64,000 bases of DNA from Mobula hypostoma (lineage: Eukaryota), in NCBI RefSeq assembly GCF_963921235.1, contig NC_086097.1, positions 135,224,001-135,288,000 of the forward strand. Reading direction: 5' to 3'. Below the pieces are notes generated by a model. It searched no databases. It was not told the DNA's origin and saw only the letters and a program-made list of their open reading frames with translations. Shown here in pieces: positions 49,243 through 61,234 of the stretch. A program made the translations under genes and the position numbers. The first letter of the stretch is position 1; the number at the start of each line of letters is the position of its first letter.

Positions 49243-52129
49243 CTATCTACAACCGCTCTTTGCCTTCTGTGGGCAAGCCAGTTCTGGATCCACAAAGCAA
49301 TTTCCTCTTGGATCCCATGCCTCCTTACTTTCTCAATAAGTCTGGCATGGGGTATCTTGTCAAATGCCTTGTTGAAATCCATATACATTACATCCACTGC
49401 TCTACCTTCATCAATATGTTTAGCCACATCCTCAAAGAATTCAATCAGGCTCATAAGGCATGCTGACTATTCCTAATCATATTATGCCTCTCCAAATGTT
49501 CATAAATCCTGCCTCTCCAGATCTTTTCCATTAACTTACCAACCAGTGAAGTAAGACTCACTGGTCTATAATTTTCTGGGCTATCTCTACTCCCTTTCTT
49601 GAATAAGGGAACAACATCTGCAACCCTCCAATCCTCCAGAACCTCTCCCATCTCCATTGATAATAAAAGATCATCACCAGAGGCTCAGCAATCTCCTCCC
49701 TCGCCTCCCACATTAGCCTGGGGTACGTCTCATCTGGTCCCGGTGACTTATCCAACTTGATGCTTTCCAAAAGCTCCAGCACAAATTCTTTCTTAATGTC
49801 TATATGCTTAAGCTTTTCAGTCTGCTGTAAGTCATCTCTACAATTGCTATGGTCCTTTTCCATAGTGAAAACTGAAGCAAAGTATTCATTAAGTACCTCT
49901 GCTATCTCCTCCGGTTCCATACACACTTTTCCACTGTCACACTTGATTGGTCCTATTCTCCCACGTCTTATCATCTTGCTCTTCACATACTTGTAGAATC
50001 CCTTGGGGTTTACCAAGACCTCCTCATGGCCTCTTCTGGCTCTCCTAATTTCATTCTTAAGCTCCTTCCTGCTAGCCTTATAATCTTCTAGATCTCTATC
50101 TTTACCTAGTTTTTTGAACCTTTTGTATGCTTTTCTTTTCTTCTTGACTAGATTTACAACAGCCTTTGTACATCACAGTTCCTGTACCCTACATTCCTTT
50201 CCCTGTATGATTGGAACATACCCATGCAGAACCCCACACAAATATCTCCTGAACATTTGCCACATTTCTGCCGTACATTTCCCTGAGAACATCTGTTCCC
50301 AATTTATGCTTCTAAGTTACTGCCTGATAGTCTCATATTTCCCTTACTCCAATTAAACGCTTTCCTAACTTGTCTGTTCCTATCCCTCTCTAATTCTATG
50401 GTAAAGGAGATAGAATTGTAGTCACTATCTCTAAAATGCTTTCCCACTGAGAGATCTGACTTCTGACCAGGTTCATTTCCCAATACCAGATCAAGTACAG
50501 CCTCTCCTCTTCTAGGCTTATCTACATATTCTGTCAAGAAACCTTCCTGAACACACCTAACAAACTCCACCCCATCTAAACCTCTTTTTCTAAGGAGATG
50601 CCAATCAATATTTGGGAAATTAAGATCTCCCACTGTGACAAACCTGTTATTATTACACCTTTCCAGAATCTGTCTCCCTATCTGGCCTCGATGTCCTTGT
50701 TACTATTGGGTGGTCTATAAAAAAACAACCAGTAGAATTATTGACCCCTTCCTGTTCCTGACTTCCATCCACAGTGACTCAGTAGACATTCCCTCCAAGA
50801 CTTCTTCCTTTTCTGCAGCCGTGACTATCTCTGATCAACAGTGACACGCCCCTGCCTCTTTTGCCTCCCTCTCTGTCCTTCCTGAAACACCTAAAGCCTG
50901 GCACTCTTAAGTAACCATTCCTGCCCCTGAGCCATCTAAGTCTCTGTAATGGCCACAACATCACTGCTCCAAGTACTGATCCACGCTCAAAGCTCATCCG
51001 CTTTGTTCAGAATACTCCTTGTATTAAAATAGACACATCTCAAATCATCAGTCTGAGCACATCCCTTTTCTATCACCTGCCTATCCTCCCTCTCGCACTG
51101 TCTACAAGCCTTCTCTACTTGTGAGCCAACCGCCCCTTCCTCCGTCTCTTCATTTTGGTTCCCACCCCCCTGCAATTCTAGTTTAAGCTCTCCCCAATAG
51201 CCTTTGCAAACCTCCCAGCCAGGATATTGGTCCCCCTTGGATTCAAATGCAACCTATCCTTTTTGTCCAGGTCATGCCTGCCCCAAAAGAGGTCCCAATG
51301 ATCCAGAAATCTGAATCCCTGCCCCCTACTCCAATCCCTCAGCCACGTATTTGTCCTCCACCTCATTCTATTCCTATTCTCCCTGTCGTGTGGCAGAGGC
51401 AGTAATCCGAGATTACTACCTTTGTGATCCTGATTCTCAACTTCCTTCCTAACTCCCTGTAGTCTGTTTTCAGGACCTCCTCCCTTTTCCTATCTATGTC
51501 GTTGGTATCAGTATGTACCATGACCTCTGGCTGTTCACCTTCCCACTTCAAGATATTGTGGACGCGATCAGAAACATCCTGACAAAGTAGGCAGCTGGAG
51601 CAGGTCCCTGTCTGTTGCCAGGTGGAAGGGTCCTTCCTGTGCTGGACAATGAGGGGTGGGGGCTGTCTACCAATGCTGAGGGACAGCCACGCTGTGTCAC
51701 TGCTGGTTCCTCACTAAGGGGCGGGGAATGGGGAAAGTTGGGTGGGTTGCTAAGGTTGGTCAGGCTGCTGAAGGGGTCAGAGTCAGTGTTGGTGTTGCAA
51801 TTCCCGGGCCACAAGGCTGCTAGAGTGGTGTAGGGTCGTTGCTGGCTTTTCCCTAGGGAGCACCCCCTCCCCTGAGCTAAACTCCTTCATCACTGGGGCT
51901 GAGACTAGAGCTGGCAGAACTCCTCAACAAAACACTCCACAATGTGGCTGGAATAGAGGGTGATGAATTTCTCACAGACCTGTGCTGACAGCCAACTATA
52001 ACTGTAGGCAGAGAAGTACCAGGTCAAACTTCAACCAGGACGGAACAAAACGATGTCTATTCTGTGCCACACCAATCGATGATAAAAGAAGCCTTTTACT
52101 TACATGGACTGTTTTTACCAGTGACTAGT

Positions 52130-52445
52130 GGGATCTAGCTTCCCTCTAATAAGAAGGTTGTGGGTTCAGGTACCACTGCACAGAACACAGGCTGACAGTC
52201 CCAGTGCATCATCAAGGGAGTACAACACTGTTGAAGGTGCTGGATTCAGATGGAGTATCATACCAACGTCCTGTCTGTTCTCTCAGGGAGAGTAAAGTAC
52301 ACTTTTTTGAAGAGTAGGGAAGTGCTCCTGAGGCTGACATTTATTGTTCACTATAGCAGATTATCTGAACATTACACTGCTGCCTGAAGGAGCTTGCTTT
52401 ACACAAACTGGTTTAGAGCAGTACCCATTTTACAACAGTTTTCAG
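52130..52445 (+). mobile_element. Ancient SINE resembling Deu-domain SINEs (AmnSINE1/SacSINE1-like); related remnants at about 23370-23640, 33280-33540, 37185-37500
   Basis: Shared degenerate blocks (AAGGTTGTGGGTTCA..., GAGGTGC...TTCAG.TG.G..GTT, GAGCTTGCT.TGCACAA.TTGG). Family name from recall only. Confidence 0.45.
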
Positions 52446-52489
52446 AAGTACTCTCCCCTTCAGAATTCAGGAAGGGGAGGTTGGGAGAA

Positions 52490-52975
52490 AACAGACCAGT
52501 CCTCACTGAGGGGTCAGCAGTGGAAAAGGAGAGCAGCTGCAAGTTGCTGGACATCAACGTCTCAGATAATTCATCCAGGGCCCAACACATTGATGCAATC
52601 ATGGAGAAGGCATGCCAGCAGCTATAATTCATTGGGAGTTTGAGGAGGTTTGGTATGTAATCAAAAATTCTAGCAAATTTCTACAGATGTACTGTGGAGA
52701 GCATTCTGTCACCATCTGGTATGGAGCCTCCATTGCACAGGAGCAGGAGAGGCTGCAGAGGGTTGTAAACTCAAACCAGCTCCATTACACGCACAGCCCT
52801 CTCCACTATTGAGGTAGAGTCTCAAGAAGGCAGTTAAGTCTCTCAACATTTCAGAAACAGATTCTTCCTCTCTGCAAGCAGACTTCTGAATAGTCCATGA
52901 ACTCTACCTGACTATTCCTCTTTCGCATTACTTATTGGTAATTTATATAAAACACATCTCAGTAATAAAGCTAAT
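52490..52975 (+). mobile_element. Rex1/Babar-like LINE fragment
   Basis: WYGASIAQEQERLQRVVNS remnant. Confidence 0.6.
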
Positions 52976-53837
52976 TCTGAAGGAGGTTGGTTTCTCTGGA
53001 GCGGCCTAGGCTGTTGGGAGATCTGATAGAGGGTTATAAGTTTACGAGTCATAGATAGAGTAGACAGCGGATATCTTTTCCCCAGGATTGAAATGGCTTA
53101 ATTCCAGAGGGCATGCTTTTAAGCTGAGAGGGCTATTTTCAAAGGAGATGTGCAGGGCAAGTTGTTTTACACAGAGTGCCAGGAATGCACTGCCAGGCTG
53201 GTGGTGGAGGCAAATCAATTGTGTTATTCAGAAAATGGAAGGATATGGACTTTGCATAGGCAGAAGGCATTGGTTTAGATGGACATTTGACTCCTTTGCC
53301 AGTCAGCCCGCACCCCCACCTGAATCCTTGCCTGCTTTTGCCCCATCTCTTCTCGTCAACTCTTACAGTAGATGGCTACCTGCCGTCTACTCTTACAGTC
53401 CAAATGAATATCCTGACCCAAAAAGTTGACTGTTCATTTCCCTCCACAGATGCTGCCTGACCTACTAAGTTCCTCCAGTAGTTATTTGCTCCAGATTTTG
53501 GCATCTACATTTCAGAAGTACTGCATTCATTGGCTGTAAAGGGCCCTTGGATATCCCGAAGTGAATGGCATTTGTTTTTAAAGTTTTTCCTTTCTCCCTA
53601 CTCACATTTCTTAATAACCACATTGCAGTTTGAAGGCCTGGAGTTCCACTCACCTGCAAGTTCCTGCTAATACATACAGGCAGTCTATGATGACAAAGTT
53701 TTCCTGAACTTGGCCTGAGAATTCCTTTGCTCACCTTTGCACAGTAGAGATCACCAGAAACCTGTCAGATCTGTCCTATATTCTGCACCACAAAAGAGAG
53801 GGGAAGAGTCTTTTAAAAAAGTCTCAACAATGTGAAG

Positions 53838-53971
53838 CAACAAACAGTGTGCTGGAGGAACTCAGTGGGTTGAGCAGCATCTGGGGGTGGGGTGGGGAGA
53901 GGAATTGTTGAGCTCCTCCAGTAGCTGTTTGGTGCTCCAGATTCCAACACTTGCAGTGTGTTGTGTCTCGC
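53838..53971. mobile_element. Decayed fold-back Penelope-derived mini-element with 10-bp TSD
   Basis: GCTGGAGGAACTCAG ... GAGCTCCTCCAG inverted arms; CAATGTGAAG at 53828-53837 and 53972-53981. Confidence 0.55.
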
Positions 53972-55804
53972 CAATGTGAAGTTGCCCACCGCCTTACCTG
54001 TTTCCAAATCAATTATTTATTGTTTTCCGATGTGTGTATTCTGGTTTGTTATCACAGACATCTGTACTCCAAAACTGGTATCTTACACATCCCTCATTTG
54101 CATCACATCACCTTTGGCAGCCTTGGAACCTTGGCATTCCCTCATCACATGATGGTTAGTAACATAGCCAGTTGGAAATTCAGAGATTGGGGTGAACGTC
54201 ATACTCTCATAGTCTCAACAATGTGAAGCAGCAAACATTGTTGCTCCATAGGGAGCAGTCATGGTGACTGGATTTAAAAGGAAGTTAGACAAATGCATGA
54301 GAGGGACTGGAGTGGAAAGATGTGATGGCAGGGATGAGGAGGGAGGAATGAAAGTAGAAGAATAATCAGAATAAAGTTCACAGGCTATAGTTCTGTTCTC
54401 TACTGAAATATATCTCACTTTACCCCTCTCCCTTCTTTCAGGATACTTTAGAAGTCATTGATCATTATTCCAGTAACATAGAACCATATAATCTTTACAG
54501 CAAGGAAGGCCCATTGGCCCATTGAATTTGTTCTGGAAAAGCAATCCAGTCAGTTCCACTCTCCTGTCCGTGCCCCACAGCCCCCTTTGAACGTAACAAT
54601 TGAATCTGCTGACATGCTCCACATTTCAATCACTTGTTACATTTTGTCGTTTCTCCATTCACCTTTATTCCACTATGACACTGTTAGTACCGCAGAGCTT
54701 CAGTGACTCGGTTCAGTCCTGACTTCTGGCACTGTCTGTGTGGAGTTTGCATGTTCTCCTGTGGGCTTTCCCTGGCTGTACTGGTTTCCTCCTCCTCCAT
54801 CGCAAAATGTGCATGTAAGTTGTCCCCTGAGTGCAGGGGGCCAGCTGTTGAGAATGTGGTGATAATATTTCAGGGACTGTCCTGTCGTTCAGCCACCTCA
54901 TATGATTGAGGGTGGTAAGAGCAGGTGAAATGATGTTTACACTACAAGGCTTTCATTATTTCATATAATTTTACCTGCAAAGTGAGGACTGTTATCACTT
55001 GAGATTTTCTCGGGATTCCAAACCTAAGAATAAATTCTCATAATAAAAATTATCAACAGTTATGCCATCATTTCTTTGAGCTGGATAACTTTTACCCATG
55101 GAGAAAACAAACAAAATAACAGGTGCACAATCACAGCCCATACATTTGGGTAACTGCACAAAGCCCATTTGGAGATGCACAAATGAATTCGGAGGGGAAT
55201 TGAGGATTATGTCTCTGCCAAATCATACAGTGGCTGCTGCTTTTCTTGCTATAGTCGAGAATTACCATTTTCGATTACTGTATACCCATCACCCTTTTGT
55301 CTTGCTGTAATTGTACTAGTTCATCAAAGAATTTAGAAATATAGGCAGCCTAATCACACTGGAGCGCTATGTGGCCATACTGATCTGTCATTGCAAAGGA
55401 GCCGGTTTGTTTGTTCCCTCTGAAGTTATTTCATCCTTCGTGTTAGTGTGAGTCGCATGGTTTGTAACAACAATTCTAGGAAGAAATTGAAAAGCAGGAA
55501 AAGGTTCATAGTTAGTTCACCTTGTTTTATCAGAGTTTCGAAGGGGTGAAAAACTCAAGCTGTTTTCATAATTGCCCACTGTCATGTGGCGAGACGAGAT
55601 TTAGTGTAATTATTTACAGGAACACTAACTGCAAGGCTGCAGGCTCTTGTTAAGGTAAAAGGGTTCAGCTGCTTGAGCAGAACAGGAGGGAAGGCAGCTG
55701 GGCCACTCAGCTGCCACATGAGGTGCACACACCACATTTTCGCTGAAACTTTTCCCAGTATCAGATCAAGAGGAAAAGCCGTCAAAGAAAATCTACACGT
55801 GCGC

Positions 55805-56042
55805 TTACATCAGGTGGCATTTTACAACGAGCAGAATTAAACCTGTACAGTTCAGGAACGGGTTAAAGTAAACAGCATAGTCTGTGGTGCTGGAGGTAGT
55901 AGAGGGAGTTGCCTTGGCCTCAGGACACCTTCGAACCGAGTAGCCAGGCTGTCCGCGGACAAAAATATACCCCTTGCGGACAATCCCATGTCCACTCCTA
56001 CCGTGTCCACCGTCACATTTCCACATTTGTTGGATTAAAGAA
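55805..56042 (-). CDS. Candidate terminal exon of an unidentified gene; S/T-rich spacer and hydrophobic C-terminus (GPI-signal-like)
   Basis: Acceptor ggatttttacag|T, phase 2; SLIQQMWKCDGGHGRSGHGIVRKGYIFVRGQPGYSVRRCPEAKATPSTTSSTTDYAVYFNPFLNCTGLILLVVKCHLM*; non-repetitive, with higher GC and CpG than its flanks. Confidence 0.55.
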
Positions 56043-56499
56043 CTGTAAAAATCCACGCATTTAGAATAGCATCTAAACAGCTACACTGTTCAGAACAAAA
56101 TTTACCAGTCACAAATGGGTAACATGAGCCATGTGTATAAAACAGGTAATGTTAAAACCAAAGTTTACAGTGAAATTTTAAGCAGAAGTTAATCTGGTAA
56201 TGATTAGTCAAAGTTAGGTCACTGTCAATTTGATTAAATATAAAACAAAGCTATAATTTAAAATAGCATTAAAATTGTATTGGATAGCTATCGCAATACT
56301 TTTAAAACAATGTAAACTATTGCCCACAGGATATAGTGGAACAGCTGGGAAGTCTTATGCAGGTATTGTTCCTATTCTCCTTAACAGCTGTAATCCTTTG
56401 AGGCCATAATTGCTTTTGGCAATATTGTAAAACAGTCGCAATTTTACTTAACTCTTCTCATCTCACACAAGTAACAGTACAGTATAAGTTTTTCTTTAA

Positions 56500-56700
56500 G
56501 CAGCACACACAAAATGTTGGAGGAACTCAGCAGGCCAGGCAACATCTATAAAAAAGAGTAAACAGTCGATGTTTCGGGCCGCGACCTCGAAACATTGGCT
56601 AAACTCTTTCTCACAGATGCTGCCTGGCCTGCCGAGTTCCTCCAGCATTTTGTGTGTAGAGTTTGGATTTCCAGCATCTGCAGATCTTCTCTTGTTTGTA
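56500..56700. mobile_element. Fold-back Penelope-derived mini-element with 14-bp TSD
   Basis: Inverted arms around about 56580; AAGTTTTTCTTTAA at 56486-56499 and 56701-56714. Confidence 0.8.
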
Positions 56701-56717
56701 AAGTTTTTCTTTAACCT

Positions 56718-58424
56718 AGGTTGCCGATTGCGTCGCCTATGATCTGGGCCAACAATTACATGCTGGGCGGTACCAAATTAATTAGCTTGTTTATTTCGGC
56801 TTTTTTCTTAAAGATGTGCTGGGTGCGTTGACTACCGCTGTACCGCTGCATTCTTCGCGGCCCAGTATCGGTCCATGGCCCGAAGGTTTGGGACCACTGT
56901 TAGAATTGACTTATCACTACATTCATGTGAGGAAAATATGCGCTGTGTGTTTAATATTAAATTCGTTAGATAAACCCCTTTAGAATGAAATTGAGTGTAT
57001 TAGCCACTTATAGTTGACTTATCACCTATGGATTTGTGAAAGGAAAATCATGTCTGACGAATCTCATAGAATTTTTTGAGGATGTAACTAGTAGAGTGGA
57101 TAGGGGAGAACCAGTGGATGTGGTATATTTGGATTTTCAAAAGGCTTTTGACAAGGTCCCACATAGGAGATTAGTGTGCAAACTTAAAGCACACGGTATT
57201 GGGGGTAAGGTATTGGTGTGGGTGGAGAATTGGTTAGCAGACAGGAAGCAAAGAGTGGGAATAAACGGGACCTTTTCAGAATGGCAGGCGGTGACTAGTG
57301 GGGTACCGCAAGGCTCAGTGCTGGGACCCCAGTTGTTTACAATATATATTAATGACTTGGATGAGGGAATTAAATGCAGCATCTCCAAGTTTGCGGATGA
57401 CACGAAGCTGGGTGGCAGTGTTAGCAGTGAGGAGGATGCTAAGAGGATGCAGGGTGACTTGGATAGGTTGGGTGAGTGGGCAAACTCATGGCAGATGCAA
57501 TTTAATGTGGATAAATGTGAAGTTATCCACTTTGGTGGCAAAAATAGGAAAACAGATTATTATCTGAATGGTGGCCGATTAGGAAAAGGGGAGGTGCAAC
57601 GAGACCTGGGTGTCATTATACACCAGTCATTGAAAGTGGGCATGCAGGTACAGCAGGCGGTGAAAAAGGCGAACGGTATGCTGGCATTTATAGCGAGAGG
57701 ATTCGAGTACAGGAGCAGGGAGGTACTACTGCAGTTGTACAAGGCCTTGGTGAGACCACACCTGGAGTATTGTGTGCAGTTTTGGTCCCCTAATCTGAGG
57801 AAAGACATCTTTGCCATAGAGGGAGTACAAAGAAGGTTCACCAGATTGATTCCTGGGATGGCAGGTCTTTCATATGAAGAAAGACTGGATGAACTGGGCT
57901 TGTACTCGTTGGAATTTAGAAGATTGAGGGGGGATCTGATTGAAACGTATAAGATCCTAAAGGGATTGGACGGGCTAGATGCAGGAAGATTGTTCCCGAT
58001 GTTGGGGAGGTCTAGAACGAGGGGTCACAGTTTGAGGATAGAGGGGAAGCCTTTTAGGACCGAGGTTAGGAAAAACTTCTTCACACAGAGAGTGGTGAAT
58101 CTGTGGAATTCTCTGCCACAGCAAACTGTTGAGGCCAGTTCATTAGCTATGTTTAAAAGGAAGTTAGATATGGCCCTTGTGGCTACAGGGGTCAGGGGGT
58201 ATGGAGGGAAGGCTGGGTTCTGAGTTGGATGATCAGCCATGATCATAATAAATGGCGGTGCAGGCTCGAAGGGCCGAATGGCCTACTCCTGCACCTATTT
58301 TCTATGTTTCTATGTTTCTATATTCCAGCTGTGATTAACCCCCCCCCCCACCGTGGTTGGTCGGTCCGCAAGAATATTGTTAATATTAAACCAGTCCGCG
58401 GTGCAAAAAAGGTTGGGGACCCCT
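56718..58424. mobile_element. hAT/Charlie-like non-autonomous element remnants interrupted by a young CR1
   Basis: Charlie-like right ends AAGGTTTGGGACCACTG (about 56899) and AAAAAGGTTGGGGACCCCTG (58424); no matching left end seen. Confidence 0.5.
57028..58321 (+). mobile_element. Very young 5'-truncated CR1 with uninterrupted 395-codon RT ORF
   Basis: Almost identical to the 38518-40335 copy; (TTTCTATG)n tail. Confidence 0.95.
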
Positions 58425-59028
58425 GCTTTACAGCTTTGGGACAGGGGACTTTCACGCCACCATTCACGCACAATCGTTACGCACAAACATGCACGGAGAC
58501 GCACACATTTTGGAATTCCTTTTTTAGCAACGCATTGACCGAATTTTCCTGTGCTTTGTGTGGGACCCGATCCAGACCACATGCGGGAAAGCTGTAGTGT
58601 TCTTTTAAACACTGCAGCTGTCCCGTGCCGTCAACTAGGGTGTTGACATACCTTGACTACTCCAAACAGGGAAATTGGGGTTCCAGCAGCAGACTCGGTC
58701 CGTTGATCAAATATAAGCAGCCTAGGATTTAGGACTGATTAGCTACCGAGGCTGAATTTCTTTCTCCTGTAGATCGAATTGAGGGTTAGCCATCTTGATG
58801 AAACCTCCTAGTAACTGTTATGGCCGATAGTAAAATAATCTAACTAAAACAACTGGGTCCGGAACACACACAATTTATGACTCAAACATTTTTATGTTAC
58901 TTCTGCACAAGGGGAATAGCACGGCCCTGTCACCCACACTCTGCTGAAGCCAGGACAGAAAACTGCTATTTGGCTTATCAGTTCTAGATATTAACCATTT
59001 GGTAAATGTATATGTTTGAATTCCTTAC

Positions 59029-59337
59029 TTGCAAGATCAATCACCATTCACAAACTTCAACGTCACAACCGGTGATATTTTGGAGTTAGTAAAGCAGGTT
59101 GCTAGGAACATCTCTCTGTTTTCCCTATCTCGTCCGTCTCCAGCATTCCCTGCTGTGTAAAGGGAGGCTATGTTCTTCCAGGTTGACACATTGCCGCAGT
59201 CATTCTCACCAATCTCATCCACAATGAGCAAGATTGGCTTCACCGGTTTCACTTCAAAGGTCTCTGTCTGGGCTTGACCACACACTGCCGTGGTCATCCT
59301 CACCTGAGTGTTGTCTTTAACCCTTGGCTTACCGCAA
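59029..59337 (-). pseudogene. Candidate internal exon of the same unidentified gene, with an in-frame TGA at 59039-59037
   Basis: About 100 open codons (CGKPRVKDNTQVRMTTAVCGQ...PVVTLKFVNGD), then TGA TCT TGC AA|GTAAGG. The phase-2 donor matches the acceptor at 56042. The upstream acceptor (ttgttcaag|) is uncertain. Confidence 0.5.
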
Positions 59338-59724
59338 CTTGAACAAGTAGTGAAATCCGGAAGCAGTTGATGAGAATGTGGGAAGGATAAAATGGCTTGG
59401 TGTAGGATTAGTGTAACTTGGTGGCTGATGACTGACATAGACATGCTAGGCTAAAGGGCCCGTTTCCATGCTACATCTATCTAGGACTAAAATTCTATAA
59501 ATTAGTGCATGACCCTTCAGCATCGGGGATAATTTCTCTCTCCATCCATATCTTCCATGTATTTAAATATCTCCATCAAATCTCCTAGCAACATCCTGTT
59601 CCAGGGAGAACAATCCTAGCTTCCCCTTTCTAGAATTGATTTTTTTTTTAACCCACGTAGAATCTAAATTACATCTTCCCTTGCTGAGATTTTAGCAGAA
59701 TCTTCCTTGGTGACTTACATTAAT

Positions 59725-60545
59725 ATCAGAATCAGGTTTGATGTCACCAGTATATGACATGTTAACCTAGCTGCAACAGTACAATACAATACATAATGAA
59801 TATAGGAAAAATACATCAATTACAGTAAGTATATATGTAAATTAAATAGTTAAATTAAAAATAGTGCAAGAACAGAAATAATATAAAGAAAGTGAGGTAG
59901 TGTTCATGGCAACAATGTCCATTTAGGAATTGGATGGGAAAGGGGAAGAAACAATTCCTGAATCACTGAGTGTGTGCCTTCACACTTCTGTACCTCCTTT
60001 CTGATGAGAAGAGGACATGCCTTGGCTGGTGGGGATCCTCAATAATGGACGCTGCTTTTCTAAGGCACCGTCCCTTGACGATGGCTTGGATACTCCGGAG
60101 GCTCGTATCCATGATGGAGCTGACTAATTTAACGACTTACTGTGGCCTCTTTCGGTCCCCCGATACTAGACAGTGTTACAGCCTGTCAGAATGCTCTCCA
60201 CAGTTTTGAGTGTTTTAGGTGACAAACCAAATATCTTCAAACTCCTAATGAAATATAGCCATTGCCATGCCTTCTTTATAACTGCATCGATATTTTGGGA
60301 CCAGGTTAGATGCTCAGAGATCTTGACACCCAGGAACCTGAAACTGCTCACTCTCTCCACTTCTGATCCCTCTATGAGGATTGGTATGTGTTCCTTCGTC
60401 TTACCCTTCCTGAAGTCTACAATCAGCTCTTTGGTCTTAATGACATTGAGTGCCAGGTTGTTGCTGTGACACAACTCAACTAGCTAGTATATCTCACTCC
60501 TGTACGCCCTCTCATCTGCATTTGAGATTCTACCAACAATATCGT
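59725..60545 (-). mobile_element. Rex1/Babar-like LINE 3' portion
   Basis: ORF 60166-60474: NNLALNVIKTKELIVDFRKG...VERVSSFRFLGVKISEHLTWS. Confidence 0.8.
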
Positions 60546-61234
60546 ACCTGAACTTAGTAAAACAGACCAAGGTACTTCACCAAGCAAGCGACATAGGGAA
60601 ATAGTAGGACAGGTGACCAAAATTTTGCACAAGGTGGAAGGTTTTAAATGACAACATCACTTCCTTAAGGGGTGAAACTTAAGAACTTGGGGTCCAAATG
60701 ACTAAAGGCACGGTAGCCACATTTGAGATCAAGCAAACTATATTAAGACAGGTTGGGATGATGGTGTGGAGCGACTGTAGTACCAGGAATCACCATTAGA
60801 ATCTTCAGCTACACACACATTTAGGTTTAATTTTTTGACATCTGTAATGTAGAGAGAATGCAAACGCTGAGATTAGTTTCCTTGAAGCAGAGCTGAATTA
60901 GCTAAGTTAATCTAAATTGTAAAAGATAAAAAAGGCAACATTGCAAAAGCAAATTCACTCTGGATAGTTCCTTTAGAATATTAACAGTATTATAGATGCA
61001 TCCTTCCACACCTTGCCCTTTCAGGTGCTTGTCTGGTCTTTAGTAATCTAGAGCCTAGAGTTTAAATCTCACCCAAGGCAGCCAGTGAGATTTAAAATTA
61101 ATTGAATAATTGGGAACTGAAGAAATATGCTTTCACAAAACTACTGGGATTATAAAACCCTTCAGGGGAGGAAATCTGCCACCCTTGCCCAGTCTGGCTC
61201 CAGACCAACCAATGTGGTGACTTTGAAACACTCA

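Larger units (their letters stand above)
47968..51580 (-). mobile_element. CR1 LINE of another lineage (esterase remnant plus ORF2), disrupted
   Basis: ORF fragments with FLDHWDLFWG, NTRSILNK, GDLNFPNIDW, NYRPVSLTS, KFADVTK, RPHLEYCAQFW. Confidence 0.92.

Noticed and set aside
55387..55434. Possible SECIS on the minus strand (ATGAA...AAA...TGAC around a weak hairpin) downstream of the UGA-containing gene
   Set aside because: Helix II is asymmetric (17 vs 12 nt) and the AAA is too far from the core; it does not fit canonical SECIS geometry.
55737..55792. Stem-loop just after the minus-strand stop codon (ATTTTC..TGA.GGCTTTTCCT / GGGAAAAGTT.TCA..GAAAAT)
   Set aside because: Lacks the GA/GA quartet and apical AA of a SECIS; no evidence of function from one sequence.
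59303..59332. Donor-like sites (CAG|GTGAGG, GCG|GTAAGC) on the minus strand inside the candidate exon
   Set aside because: No supportable upstream exon for them. They add uncertainty to the exon's 5' boundary but do not define a feature.
55805..59337. Assigning the minus-strand exons to FAM83A, ZHX1 or ATAD2 on the basis of human synteny
   Set aside because: The peptide resembles none of these proteins as I recall them; no symbol given.
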